Assembly: GCA_030600585.1 (NCBI GenBank)
Contig: JAUVLU010000003.1
Span: 13,871-77,870, forward strand
Length of the DNA stretch: 64,000 nucleotides
Origin: Candidatus Cloacimonadota bacterium
GTDB lineage: Bacteria > Cloacimonadota > Cloacimonadia > Cloacimonadales > TCS61
Direction: 5' to 3'
The notes under the pieces were generated by a model, which was not told where the DNA came from, did no database searches, and saw only the letters and a program-made list of their open reading frames with translations. Of this stretch, positions 1 through 9,650 are shown piece by piece; position 1 is the stretch's first letter; every line of letters starts with the position of its first letter. Position numbers and translations under genes: made by a program.

Positions 1-1746
1 TATTTTTCCAGTTTCGCTTGTCCAACACCGATGATTTTCAGAAAGCTTTTTTCTGATTTAGGAAAGAATGCCGACATTTCGATTAATGCTTTATCTGCAA
101 AAATTATGTAAGGTGGAAGATTTGAAGCATTTGCAATGTCTTTTCGTTTTGTGCGAAGTGTCTCAAATAATGTGTGGTCAAATTCAAAATCGACTTCTTT
201 CATTTTTTTGAATTTAATCTTTTCTTCTATCAATAAACCGGTTACAGAAAGCTTGTTTTGCAGAACTTCACAACCTTTATCATTGATTTTCAGACTACCG
301 TATTGTGTATCTTTATTGATCAGATTTTGTCGAATAAATTGTCGTGAAAGATGGAACCATTGTTTTTTGGAAAGATCATTTCCGATGTTGTAAGTCGATA
401 AAAGATGATGATCTCGATCCATAACTTTCTGTGATTTTGAGCCTCGTAAAACATCAATAATATGACCTGCTCCAAAATATTCTCCGGTTCGTTTCATACA
501 TGATAAAAATTTCTGTGCTTGAATTGTTATATCAATTAAATCCTTTTTATCTTCTCCGCAATTATCACAAATCCCGCAATTTTCAATCGAGTATTCCTCT
601 CCGAAATAGTTTAATAACGGAATTCTCCGACATGTATTCGTTTCGCAGTAATTAACTAAAGCTTCGAGATGAAAATATGCAATGCGTTTCTCATCACCCT
701 CTTTTTGATTGATAAAAAATTTGATCTTACTGATATCACCGTAACCAAAAAGCAGCAAACAGTGTGAATTCAAGCCGTCTCGTCCTGCTCTGCCGATTTC
801 CTGATAATAACCTTCAAGATTCTTGGGAAGATCGAAATGAACCACGAAACGAATATTCGGCTTATTTATTCCCATTCCAAAAGCAATTGTAGCCACGATT
901 ATTTGTACATCGTCTTTAATGAAAAGTTCCTGATTTACTTTCCTGTCATTATCGGAAAGACCGGCATGATACGGTTTTACGGAAAAGCCTTTTTCATCCA
1001 AAATTTCATAAAGTTCATCGACCTGTCTTCGTGAAAAACAATAAATAATTCCCGATTGATCAGGAAATTTTTCCAAGAATTCCAGAGTTTGAGAAACTGG
1101 TGCTGTTTTTGGAATGATCTGTAAAAACAGGTTTTCTCTATTAAAACTCGAAATGAATTCATTTGATTTCTCAAATTCCAAATTGTCTTTAATGTCCTGC
1201 TGAACTCTCGGAGTTGCTGTTGCAGTCAAAGCTACACAAAACAGCTTTTGGGAAAAGTTTCCTTACTTCGATCATTTGTCTGTATTCAGGACGAAAATCG
1301 TGTCCCCATTCGGAAATGCAATGTGCTTCATCGATGGTGATACAATCGACTGTAACTTTTGAGAGAATAGTGAGAAATTTCTGTGTCATCATTGCTTCCG
1401 GAGCGAGATAAACCAGTTTTATTTTATTTTCCAAAATAAGATTTATGTTATGCTGATATTCATCGTAAGATAATGAACTATTCAGAAAAACTGCTTTGAT
1501 TCCCATTTCATGAAGTTGCTCAACCTGATCCTTCATCAATGAAATAAGAGGAGAAATAACGATCGTCAAACCTTCAAAGATGAGAGCCGGAAGTTGATAA
1601 CAAAGCGATTTTCCACTACCGGTCGGCATAATTATCAGAGTATCTTTTTTGGATAGAATATTTTGGATGATTTCTTGTTGTAACAGTCGAAATTCATTAA
1701 ATCCGAATGTATCTTTGAGAATGGATTTTATTTGTGATTCTTGCAT
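1..1746 (-). pseudogene. recQ: ATP-dependent DNA helicase RecQ, split by a +1 frameshift near 1238-1241; runs off the window start
   Basis: ORF 1189-1746 has MPTGSGKSLCYQ and DEAHCISEWGHDFRPEY. A second frame resumes VALTATATPRVQ...IIYCFSRR...YHAG...VATIAFGMGINKPNIR...QEIGRAGRDG, then the Zn-binding, RQC and HRDC regions, open to position 1. Confidence 0.93.
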
Positions 1747-2009
1747 TTATCACCTACTTTTTATCAACGAATTTAACAACGAACTATAACTAACAAAGAA
1801 ATCCCTTGTAGTAAGCCTAAGGCTTATAAATTTCCTTTGTTAGAAAAGATGAAAGACAGGTGTTCGTTTTCCTGCGGAAAGCCGACACTTACGAAAGGGA
1901 AACGTAGAAACGCAAGAAGAATTCTTCCACATTTTCTTATGTTCTCCCTTTTCACATAAAAGGGAGACAGCAGAGGGATTCTCTTCTAATATTCAATTTA
2001 AATCTTCAA

Positions 2010-3284
2010 TTAAACAATTCTCCCAATCAAATCATATTCCCAACCATCGATGATTTCAACTTCAACTATATCACCAATTCCGGCTTTACCTTCCGTAATG
2101 AAAACCACTCCATCAATTTCAGGTGAATCGAAATAGCTTCTTCCTTCAAAAAGAAAACCTTCTTCACTACTATTCCTATCAATAATAACTTTTATCTTTT
2201 CCCCGACTAATCCTGCAAGGAATTCTTCAGAAATATCCTGCTGGATCTGCATGAGTTCATCTTTTCTTTGCTCTGCAATCTCTTCCGGGACCTGCGGTTC
2301 CAAATCATAAGCGGGCGTATTTTCTTCTCTGGAATATGCAAAAGCACCGAGACGTTCAAATTTCATTTCCTTCACAAAATTCTTTAGTTCATCAAATTTT
2401 TGTTCTGTTTCACCCGGATATCCCGTGATAAGAGTTGTCCGAATAACAGCATCGGGGATTTTCGTGCGGATATCTGTAATTATTTCTAATATTCTCTCTT
2501 TAGTTACTTTCCTGTTCATGCTTTCAAGAATTTCATTATTAATGTGCTGAATGGGAATTTCGAAATATTTGCAAACTTTAGGAAGTCTGGCTATCATATC
2601 GATCATCTCAGATGTAATATGCGCAGGATGAAGATACAAAATCCTTATCCAGATCAGATCTTTTATTGCATTTAATTTTTGTAATAATTCAGGAAGTTTC
2701 TGTTCTCCATAAATATCAACCCCGTATCGTGCAGTATCCTGAGCTGTAAGAATAAGCTCCCTCGCACCGGATGCAACCAGAGATTCCGCACTAATTACTA
2801 ATTCTTCGATCGGTACACTTTCCAGTTGGCCTCTAATTGCCGGAATAGCACAATATGAACAATAGTTATTGCAACCGTCACTTACACGCAGATAGGCAAA
2901 ATGAGGAGGTGTAAGCAGCTTCCGCTTTTCAGTGGAACTTACTCTGAATATTCCCTTGAATGCGTTGAAATCTTTTAATTGGATCACCTCATCGATCTCA
3001 GGGAATGAATTCTTGATATCTTCGAAATATCGTTTTACCAAACATCCGGTAACTATCAATTTCTTACATTTCCCTGATGTTTTGAATTCTGCAGCTTCAA
3101 GAATTGTTGAAATTGATTCTTCTTTTGCATCTATAATGAAACCGCAAGTATTTACAATGATGACTTCAGCTTCCTGTAGATCTTCAGTTAATTTATAACC
3201 CGCTGATTCTGTGATATATGCAAACACTTCACTATCAACCAGATTCTTAGAACATCCCAAACTTATTATCGAATACTTTTTCAT
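2010..3284 (-). CDS. rimO: Ribosomal protein S12 methylthiotransferase
   Basis: SLGCSKNLVDSE, NTCGFI, radical SAM motif CNNYCSYC, C-terminal TRAM region with DSPEIDG. Confidence 0.93.
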   Translation of the reverse strand: MKKYSIISLGCSKNLVDSEVFAYITESAGYKLTEDLQEAEVIIVNTCGFIIDAKEESISTILEAAEFKTSGKCKKLIVTGCLVKRYFEDIKNSFPEIDEVIQLKDFNAFKGIFRVSSTEKRKLLTPPHFAYLRVSDGCNNYCSYCAIPAIRGQLESVPIEELVISAESLVASGARELILTAQDTARYGVDIYGEQKLPELLQKLNAIKDLIWIRILYLHPAHITSEMIDMIARLPKVCKYFEIPIQHINNEILESMNRKVTKERILEIITDIRTKIPDAVIRTTLITGYPGETEQKFDELKNFVKEMKFERLGAFAYSREENTPAYDLEPQVPEEIAEQRKDELMQIQQDISEEFLAGLVGEKIKVIIDRNSSEEGFLFEGRSYFDSPEIDGVVFITEGKAGIGDIVEVEIIDGWEYDLIGRIV

Positions 3285-3377
3285 TTTTTCTCTTTAACCA
3301 TTGCAGGTTTAATTTTTTAGATTGAACCTGAATATTTTGATCGCATCAAAATGATACGACCTGCATAATCTATTAAT

Positions 3378-3476
3378 AATCCCCTCTTGAGAGGGGTACG
3401 GCTTTTATGCGTCGGCTTCGCAATAATTGCGAAACGATCGCTTTTCTCTCATCTTTACTGAGCCGTGGGGGGTGTT
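3378..3476. repeat. Family B double-hairpin repeat carrying a ~56-nt nested insertion
   Basis: AATCCCCTCTTGAGAGGGGTACGGCTT[...]AGCCGTGGGGGGTGTT versus the empty copy at 57862. Confidence 0.8.
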
Positions 3477-3551
3477 CTTTTAACATTCCCACAAATTTAC
3501 AATACGATTCATTCATATTCGTGCTAATTTGTGTTAATTCGTGGTTTCAAA

Positions 3552-4796
3552 TTAATCCAATAAATGAGTGATCACACCGGAACGTAGTTTCGGCTCGAAC
3601 CAGGTAGATTTTGGCGGCATTACTTCATTAGCATCAGCAATTGCCATAAGCTGTTCTATAGAAGTCGGGAATAAACTGAAAGCAACTGCTTCACCTTCAT
3701 CAACACGTTTCGACAGTTCTTCCAAACCACGGATTCCGCCTACAAAATCAATTCTTTTATCCTTTCTCGGATCACCAATCCCTAAAATAGGATTTAGCAG
3801 GTTATCCTGAAGAATTGCAACATCGAGAGATTTAACCGGATCACCTTCGTTAAATGTACCTTTTTTTGCAGTCAGATTGTACCATGTACCATCGAGATAC
3901 ATTCCAAAATTATGCAGCTTCTGCGGATGATAACCCTCTGTTGTTGAATGAATTCTAACATCGAAATTTTCTGCAACTTTTTCCAGGAATACTTCAACAG
4001 AATTTCCATGCATATCTTTCACAACTCTATTGTAATCCATTATATAAAGCTGATCATGCGGGAAGATAACCGAAAGGAAATAATTATATTCTTCCTCACC
4101 GGTATGATCAGGATTTGCTTCTCTACGCTTCTGCCCTACTTTTGTACCGGAAGCAGAGCGGTGATGCCCGTCTGCAACGTAAAGGAAATCAATCTCGGTA
4201 AATATTTTCTGAATCTTTTCGATATCATTTTGTTGATCGATCTTCCAGAAAATGTGTTTGATCCCGTCTTCAGTTTCAATATCATAAAGTGGATTTTCTT
4301 TAATGATTTCTTCAACTATTTCATTAATATCTTTGCGAGCGCGATATGTAAGAAAAACCGGACCTGTATTGGCATTCAAAGTATCAACATGCTTGATCCT
4401 GTCTGCTTCTTTAACCGCTCTTGTATGCTCATGCTTCTTTATAATACCGTTTTCGTAATCTTCTATGGAAGCTCCCGCAACCAACCCGATCTCGTCAACG
4501 TTTCCCATGATAAGACGGTAGAGATAAAAACAGGGTTTCTCATCTTGAATAAGCACACCTTCACTTAACATTTTATAAAGATTTTCTCTGCCTTTTTGAT
4601 AAACTTTATCACTGTAAAGATCGATATCTTCGGGAAGATCTACTTCCGGTTTTACAACATGAAGAAAGCTGTTTGGTTTATCTCTGACTTCTTCTCTAGC
4701 TTCTGCTGAATTTAATACATCGTATGGAGGAGACGCTACATCTAAAATTTTATCTGCCGCAGGTCTAACTCCTTGAAAAGGTTGGATCTTTGCCAT
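3552..4796 (-). CDS. DUF1015 family protein
   Basis: SPPYDV, IKKHEHT, YVADGHHR, MPPKSTWFEPKLRSG are typical DUF1015 motifs. Confidence 0.88.
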   Translation of the reverse strand: MAKIQPFQGVRPAADKILDVASPPYDVLNSAEAREEVRDKPNSFLHVVKPEVDLPEDIDLYSDKVYQKGRENLYKMLSEGVLIQDEKPCFYLYRLIMGNVDEIGLVAGASIEDYENGIIKKHEHTRAVKEADRIKHVDTLNANTGPVFLTYRARKDINEIVEEIIKENPLYDIETEDGIKHIFWKIDQQNDIEKIQKIFTEIDFLYVADGHHRSASGTKVGQKRREANPDHTGEEEYNYFLSVIFPHDQLYIMDYNRVVKDMHGNSVEVFLEKVAENFDVRIHSTTEGYHPQKLHNFGMYLDGTWYNLTAKKGTFNEGDPVKSLDVAILQDNLLNPILGIGDPRKDKRIDFVGGIRGLEELSKRVDEGEAVAFSLFPTSIEQLMAIADANEVMPPKSTWFEPKLRSGVITHLLD

Positions 4797-5506
4797 TCTT
4801 TTTTCTCCTTATAGTAACTCAATTCCGATGTTGAGCTTGTTTTTTCGAGATCGGAATCTCGATTTACATAATCATTATTTATCCAACTGTGTTGCCATGT
4901 TTTAGTTTTATCAATAAGTTTTGCTTTAATTGGGTTATCTAGCAAGTAATGTAATTGATACTCAAAATCTTTGTCATCACGGATAAAATGATCATAGCTC
5001 TCATTATGCCAAAATTGTCCCTTTCTTTCTAATAATCTGTTACACTCATTAGCAGTAAATCTTTTCAATGAATACATAATATTTGCTAATGAATGAACAA
5101 TATTATTGTTTTTACTCAATGGTTTAATCATCATATGAACGTGATTCGGCATAATGCAATAAGCGAATAGCTCATACATTTTATTATCCATAAAATGAAG
5201 ACTTTCTTTCACTTTTGCTGCAATGGAATCTGAAGATAACCACATAGGTGACTGTGAATATTTTTCCAGAAATGTATCGAAAGATTCAAAATACTTTCTT
5301 TCAAATTCATTTTTGTAATCTTGTAACTTTTCCCCTTTTAATATCAATATATTCCTTTCAAAATCTTCTTTTTTTTCTTTAAGACTCTCTTTTGTTCTTT
5401 TAGGTAAAGAAAAAGCTAAGCGAAAAGTTATCGCAAAAATCCCACATTCTGGTTGATAATGCGGTAAGTTTCGTTTATAAAATTCTCTATACTTTAAATT
5501 ATCCAT
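4742..5506 (-). mobile_element. REP-associated tyrosine transposase (RAYT, Y1 HUH family); the C-terminal ~40 codons read through a REP-like repeat into the DUF1015 start
   Basis: RNLPHY, ITFRL, YCIMPNHVH (HUH), FWHNESYDHFIR, catalytic-type Tyr in YLLDNP; flanked by palindromic repeats on both sides. Confidence 0.88.
4814..4867. repeat. REP-like doublet, family A, copy 1
   Basis: GTAACTCAATTCCGATGTTGAGCTT...TTCGAGATCGGAATCTCGATTTAC: two related hairpins in inverted orientation, each starting with GTAA. Confidence 0.88.
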
Positions 5507-5522
5507 ATTTATCTTTTCTTTC

Positions 5523-5600
5523 CTCGAGATCGGAATCTCGATTTACGTAACTCAATTCCGATGTTGAGCTTATTTCTTCGAGATCGGAGTCTCGATTTAC
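5523..5600. repeat. REP-like family A, 1.5 units, between ileS and RAYT
   Basis: CTCGAGATCGGAATCTCGATTTAC followed by GTAACTCAATTCCGATGTTGAGCTT...CGAGATCGGAGTCTCGATTTAC. Confidence 0.88.
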
Positions 5601-8600
5601 GTTTTCTCAACCGTCATGAACACTTCATTACCATTGATATCCCATTTGATCATATCTTCATGTTTATCTTTGCAGCAATTGAAGGAATCGGATAATGTCT
5701 CTGCTTTTATATATTCAGCAAATTTTGTGAAAACAGACTTGATATTGTCGTTTCCAACATAGAATACTTTTATGCGATCCATGATCTCCATTCCTTTATC
5801 TTTACGTGTATTCTGGATCTTAGCAACCAGCTCACGAGCTAATCCTTCTTCAATTAATTCTTCATTCAGAGTTGTATCAAGAGCAACGAACATATCTTTA
5901 TTATATGATTCAAATACAAACCCTTCTTTATCTTTTAAGGAAATAATAAGGTCTTCTTCTGTAAGTTTGAATGTGCTTCCATCCATTTCAAGAAAATACT
6001 CCTTTCCCTTATGAAGAGTGTCAACAATGTGGTTTGCATCCATTTGTTCTAAAGCTGAAACAATATGTTGTACATGTTTACCATATTTTGGACCCATCAC
6101 TTTAAAATTCGCTTTGAATTCATAAGTAATAAAGTTATCTTTATTAACAATATATTTGATCTCTTTTACATTGATCTCTTCTTTTATCAGATTCTCCATT
6201 CTGGCAATAAGCGGTTTGTATTTTTTTGGAACATAAAGCGCACCAAGAGTCTGCCGAACCTTTATCTGGCAGGTATTCCGCGCAGCTCTTCCCAAAGATA
6301 CAAGTTTAATAACAGAATCCATCTCCTCTTCCAATTTGGAATGGATCGCGTCTTTGTTTACACTGGGGAAATCATCTAAATGAACACTTTCTTTGCCGGT
6401 AAGATTCGTGTAGATATCCTCTGAAAGATAGGGCGCAAAAGGAGCCATCAGTTTGCAAACTTCTACCAATACATGATACAATGTAAGATAAGCTTCTTTC
6501 TTATTTTCGGAAAGTTCCATCTCCCAATATCTTCTGCGGCAGCGGCGTACATACCAGTTGCTTAGATCATCTATCACAAAATCCTGAATAGCACGAACAC
6601 TCTTGGTAGGATTATATTTATCATTATTATTAATAACAACTCCAATTAAATTATTCAATTTTGAGATGATCCATTTATCAATTTCGATAGTCTTATTCTC
6701 ATTAAATTTATATTTTGAAGCATCAAAATTATCAATATTGGCATAAGTTACATAGAATGAATAAACATTCTTCAATGTACCAAAAAATTTATTAACTATC
6801 TCGATAACTCCCTGCTCATCAAATTTGGTCGGGATCCAGGGTGGGCTCACAGCCATCAAATACCATCGTATTGCATCTGCTCCATAATCTTCCATTAACC
6901 GCATAGGATCGACAGAATTGCCTTTGCTCTTACTCATCTTCTGTCCATTTTTATCAAGGATAAGATCATTAACCAGAACGTTCTTATATGAAGTTTCTCC
7001 GGTAAGCATTGTAGAAATTGCCAATAGTGAATAAAACCATCCACGTGTCTGATCGATACCTTCGCTGATAAAATCTGCCGGGAAAAGTTCCTCGAAGAAT
7101 CTATCTTTATTCTCAAACGGATAATGCCATTGTGCAAACGGCATAGCACCGCTATCGAACCAGCAGTCGATAACTTCAGGTGTTCTTTTCATCTTACCAC
7201 CGCATTCACATTTGAATTCAATCTCATCCACATACGGACGGTGCAATTCTATATCTTCGGGAACATTGGAGCCATCTCGCATTTTTCCTTTCTCGCGTAA
7301 TTCTTTTATAGAACCGGCACTTTCCAATTTACCGCATTTCTCACAAATCCAAACATTCAGAGGAGTTCCCCAGAATCTATCTCGTGAAATAGCCCAATCA
7401 ACATTATTTTCCAACCATTCACCAAATCGTTTCTCACCCACAAAATCGGGAAACCAGTTTATTTTCTTATTATTTTCGATCATCTGCTGTTTGTATTCAT
7501 TTGTTTTGATGTACCAGCTTGAACGCGCATAATAGATGAGCGGACTATCGCAACGCCAGCAGAAAGGATAACTGTGAGTTATCTGCTTTCTTTTATAAAG
7601 AAGTTTACGATCTTTCAAATTCCTGATGATGTCTTTATCGGCATCTTTTACAAATATACCAGCCCAATCGGTGATCTGCTCAGTAAACTTACCAGCACCA
7701 TCCACAGGTTGAATTATCGGCAGTCCGTATTTTTTACCAAGATCGTTGTCATCCTGTCCAAAAGCAGGAGCAGTATGAACAACACCGGTTCCATCGTCCA
7801 TTGTAACATAATCTGCCAAACCAACATAAAAGGCTTTTTCTTTAGGTTTTATAAATGGGAAAAGCTGCTCGTACCCGGTGTGCTCAAGTTCGCTTCCCGT
7901 ATATTCTTCGATTATTTCATATTCTTCATCAATAACTTCCAATCTTGCTTTTGCTAAAATGAAGTATTCATCTTCAAGTTTGATCTTAACATATTTGGCA
8001 TCAGGGTGCATAACTAAAGCAACATTTGAGATCAGAGTCCAGGGTGTTGTAGTCCAGGCAAGAAAATATGTATTTTCTTCATCTTTCAATTTAAACTTAA
8101 TAAACACTGATGGATCTTCTATATCTTTGTAACCCTGCGCTACTTCATGGCTGGAAAGCGGAGTTCCACAACTTGGGCAATACGGCACGATCTTATGCCC
8201 TTTATAGATCAATCCTTTCTTAAAGAAATCATTCAAAATCCACCATACAGTCTCGATATAATCATTTTCAAGTGTTATGTACGGATCATCAAGATCGATC
8301 CAATATCCCATCTCTTTGGTCATCTCACGCCACTCTTTTTCATAGGTAAAAACTGAGTTTCGGCATTTTGTATTGAACTTCTCAAGTCCGTACTCTTCAA
8401 CTTCCTTTTTATCCTTAAGTTTAAGCTGTTTTTCTACTTCGATCTCTACCGGAAGTCCGTGAGTATCCCAACCGGCTTTTCTTTTAACCTGAAATCCTTT
8501 CATGGTTTTATACCGGCATACAGAATCCTTTAAAGTTCTGGCGATAACATGATGAATACCCGGCATTCCATTTGCTGTTGGCGGACCTTCAAAAAATATG

Positions 8601-8722
8601 TATTTTTCTGCATTATTTCTGTTTGTTTCGCTTTTTAATGCTGTATTATTTTTTTTCCAGTACTCTCGTACTCTCTTTTCCAGAGCTGATGTCTTTTCTT
8701 TTATATCAACTTTATTATACAT
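5597..8722 (-). CDS. ileS: Isoleucyl-tRNA synthetase (type 2 / eukaryote-like)
   Basis: FFEGPPTANGMPGIHH (HIGH-like), GWDTHGLPVE, WTTTPWTL, DWAISRDRFWGTP, KMSKS. Confidence 0.96.
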   Translation of the reverse strand: MYNKVDIKEKTSALEKRVREYWKKNNTALKSETNRNNAEKYIFFEGPPTANGMPGIHHVIARTLKDSVCRYKTMKGFQVKRKAGWDTHGLPVEIEVEKQLKLKDKKEVEEYGLEKFNTKCRNSVFTYEKEWREMTKEMGYWIDLDDPYITLENDYIETVWWILNDFFKKGLIYKGHKIVPYCPSCGTPLSSHEVAQGYKDIEDPSVFIKFKLKDEENTYFLAWTTTPWTLISNVALVMHPDAKYVKIKLEDEYFILAKARLEVIDEEYEIIEEYTGSELEHTGYEQLFPFIKPKEKAFYVGLADYVTMDDGTGVVHTAPAFGQDDNDLGKKYGLPIIQPVDGAGKFTEQITDWAGIFVKDADKDIIRNLKDRKLLYKRKQITHSYPFCWRCDSPLIYYARSSWYIKTNEYKQQMIENNKKINWFPDFVGEKRFGEWLENNVDWAISRDRFWGTPLNVWICEKCGKLESAGSIKELREKGKMRDGSNVPEDIELHRPYVDEIEFKCECGGKMKRTPEVIDCWFDSGAMPFAQWHYPFENKDRFFEELFPADFISEGIDQTRGWFYSLLAISTMLTGETSYKNVLVNDLILDKNGQKMSKSKGNSVDPMRLMEDYGADAIRWYLMAVSPPWIPTKFDEQGVIEIVNKFFGTLKNVYSFYVTYANIDNFDASKYKFNENKTIEIDKWIISKLNNLIGVVINNNDKYNPTKSVRAIQDFVIDDLSNWYVRRCRRRYWEMELSENKKEAYLTLYHVLVEVCKLMAPFAPYLSEDIYTNLTGKESVHLDDFPSVNKDAIHSKLEEEMDSVIKLVSLGRAARNTCQIKVRQTLGALYVPKKYKPLIARMENLIKEEINVKEIKYIVNKDNFITYEFKANFKVMGPKYGKHVQHIVSALEQMDANHIVDTLHKGKEYFLEMDGSTFKLTEEDLIISLKDKEGFVFESYNKDMFVALDTTLNEELIEEGLARELVAKIQNTRKDKGMEIMDRIKVFYVGNDNIKSVFTKFAEYIKAETLSDSFNCCKDKHEDMIKWDINGNEVFMTVEKT

Positions 8723-8741
8723 TTATTCTCCTAATATTTTT

Positions 8742-8811
8742 GTAAATCAACACTTGTACGCTGTAGCGTATTCCGATGTTGAGTTTTTTCGAGATCGGAG
8801 TCTCGAGTTAC
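8742..8811. repeat. REP-like family A, copy 3, with a 20-nt insertion
   Basis: GTAAATCAA[CACTTGTACGCTGTAGCGTA]TTCCGATGTTGAGTT...CGAGATCGGAGTCTCGAGTTAC. Confidence 0.82.
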
Positions 8812-9059
8812 GATTCTTCGTCTTCAAATAACTCGCTATATTGTTCTTTAAGTTCAGGAATATCCTTCACATAATTCTTCCATGCTTCCATCACTTTTTC
8901 CATATCCGCACATTTAGGACATAATACAAGTGTATTCTCCGGTGTAGTTCCAATATAACCCCGGTCATAACAATTATTACAATTCTTCTTCTTTCTGTTA
9001 TGAACCGCAAATTCCTTAGCTTTGTCCAGATGTTTCTCATCAAGCTTAAACATACTCAC
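8808..9059 (-). CDS. Small putative Zn-binding protein of unknown function
   Basis: 83 aa with CNNC and CPKC; GAGG RBS-like sequence upstream; co-directional with ileS. Confidence 0.7.
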   Translation of the reverse strand: MSMFKLDEKHLDKAKEFAVHNRKKKNCNNCYDRGYIGTTPENTLVLCPKCADMEKVMEAWKNYVKDIPELKEQYSELFEDEES

Positions 9060-9149
9060 CTCAATTTTTTTTCAAAAATTTTATTATATCTAAATATGTC
9101 AATAATATATGAATAAGAAAAAATCGGGGAGGTATTAATAATAAATTCA

Positions 9150-9640
9150 ATCCATTCCCAGCCGTAAACGACTGGGCTATTTTTTTGAATGCGACAATGC
9201 CATTGTCGCCTTTTTTTCTGGTTTGCATTCATTTATCATCCATAAATAACCTATGCGTTTTTAACCTGTGGAATCCTTATTTATTCCACCGGGTCACGCA
9301 TAGGGATAATGACAACCCACACATCACCATGGCGTTTACGCCGAGTGTTGGAAACCATTAACAAAAACATTCGGATGTCCTGCGGACAATCAGAAGTTTT
9401 GGCAACCAACTTATCCCAAGACACCTTTGGTGCTTAGGACAAGTTTCAAGTTGTTCCAACAAAAATATGAGATCCCCAGTCAAGCTGAGGATTACAATGT
9501 AGGGTCAATTTTCCAAATTGACCGATAAAACTAACTGCCACACTGAGTAGGAGCAAAGTGGACTATCGAATTGTTGAGTTTACATCTTGTTTACTTTCAC
9601 TATCCTTCGATACTTGGCTAACGCCAAACTCAGGATGACA
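9150..9640. repeat. Dense cluster of unrelated palindromic elements
   Basis: Hairpins: CCCAGCCG-TAAA-CGACTGGG (9157-9176), GCGACAATG-C-CATTGTCGC (9191-9209), CCTATGCGT...ACGCATAGG (9250-9304), CCTTCGA...CTCAGGATGACA (9604-9640). Confidence 0.75.
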
Positions 9641-9650
9641 AAGTTTATTA

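Noticed and set aside
1238-1241. Programmed frameshift in recQ
   Set aside because: No slippery heptamer or stimulatory structure seen, and none is known for recQ.
4814-5600. Family A or GxxExxY repeats as a CRISPR array
   Set aside because: No regular repeat-spacer period, copies are inverted and dispersed, and there are no cas genes.
8723-8810. T-box leader upstream of ileS
   Set aside because: The gap is only ~85 bp, is filled by a family A repeat, and has no T-box consensus.
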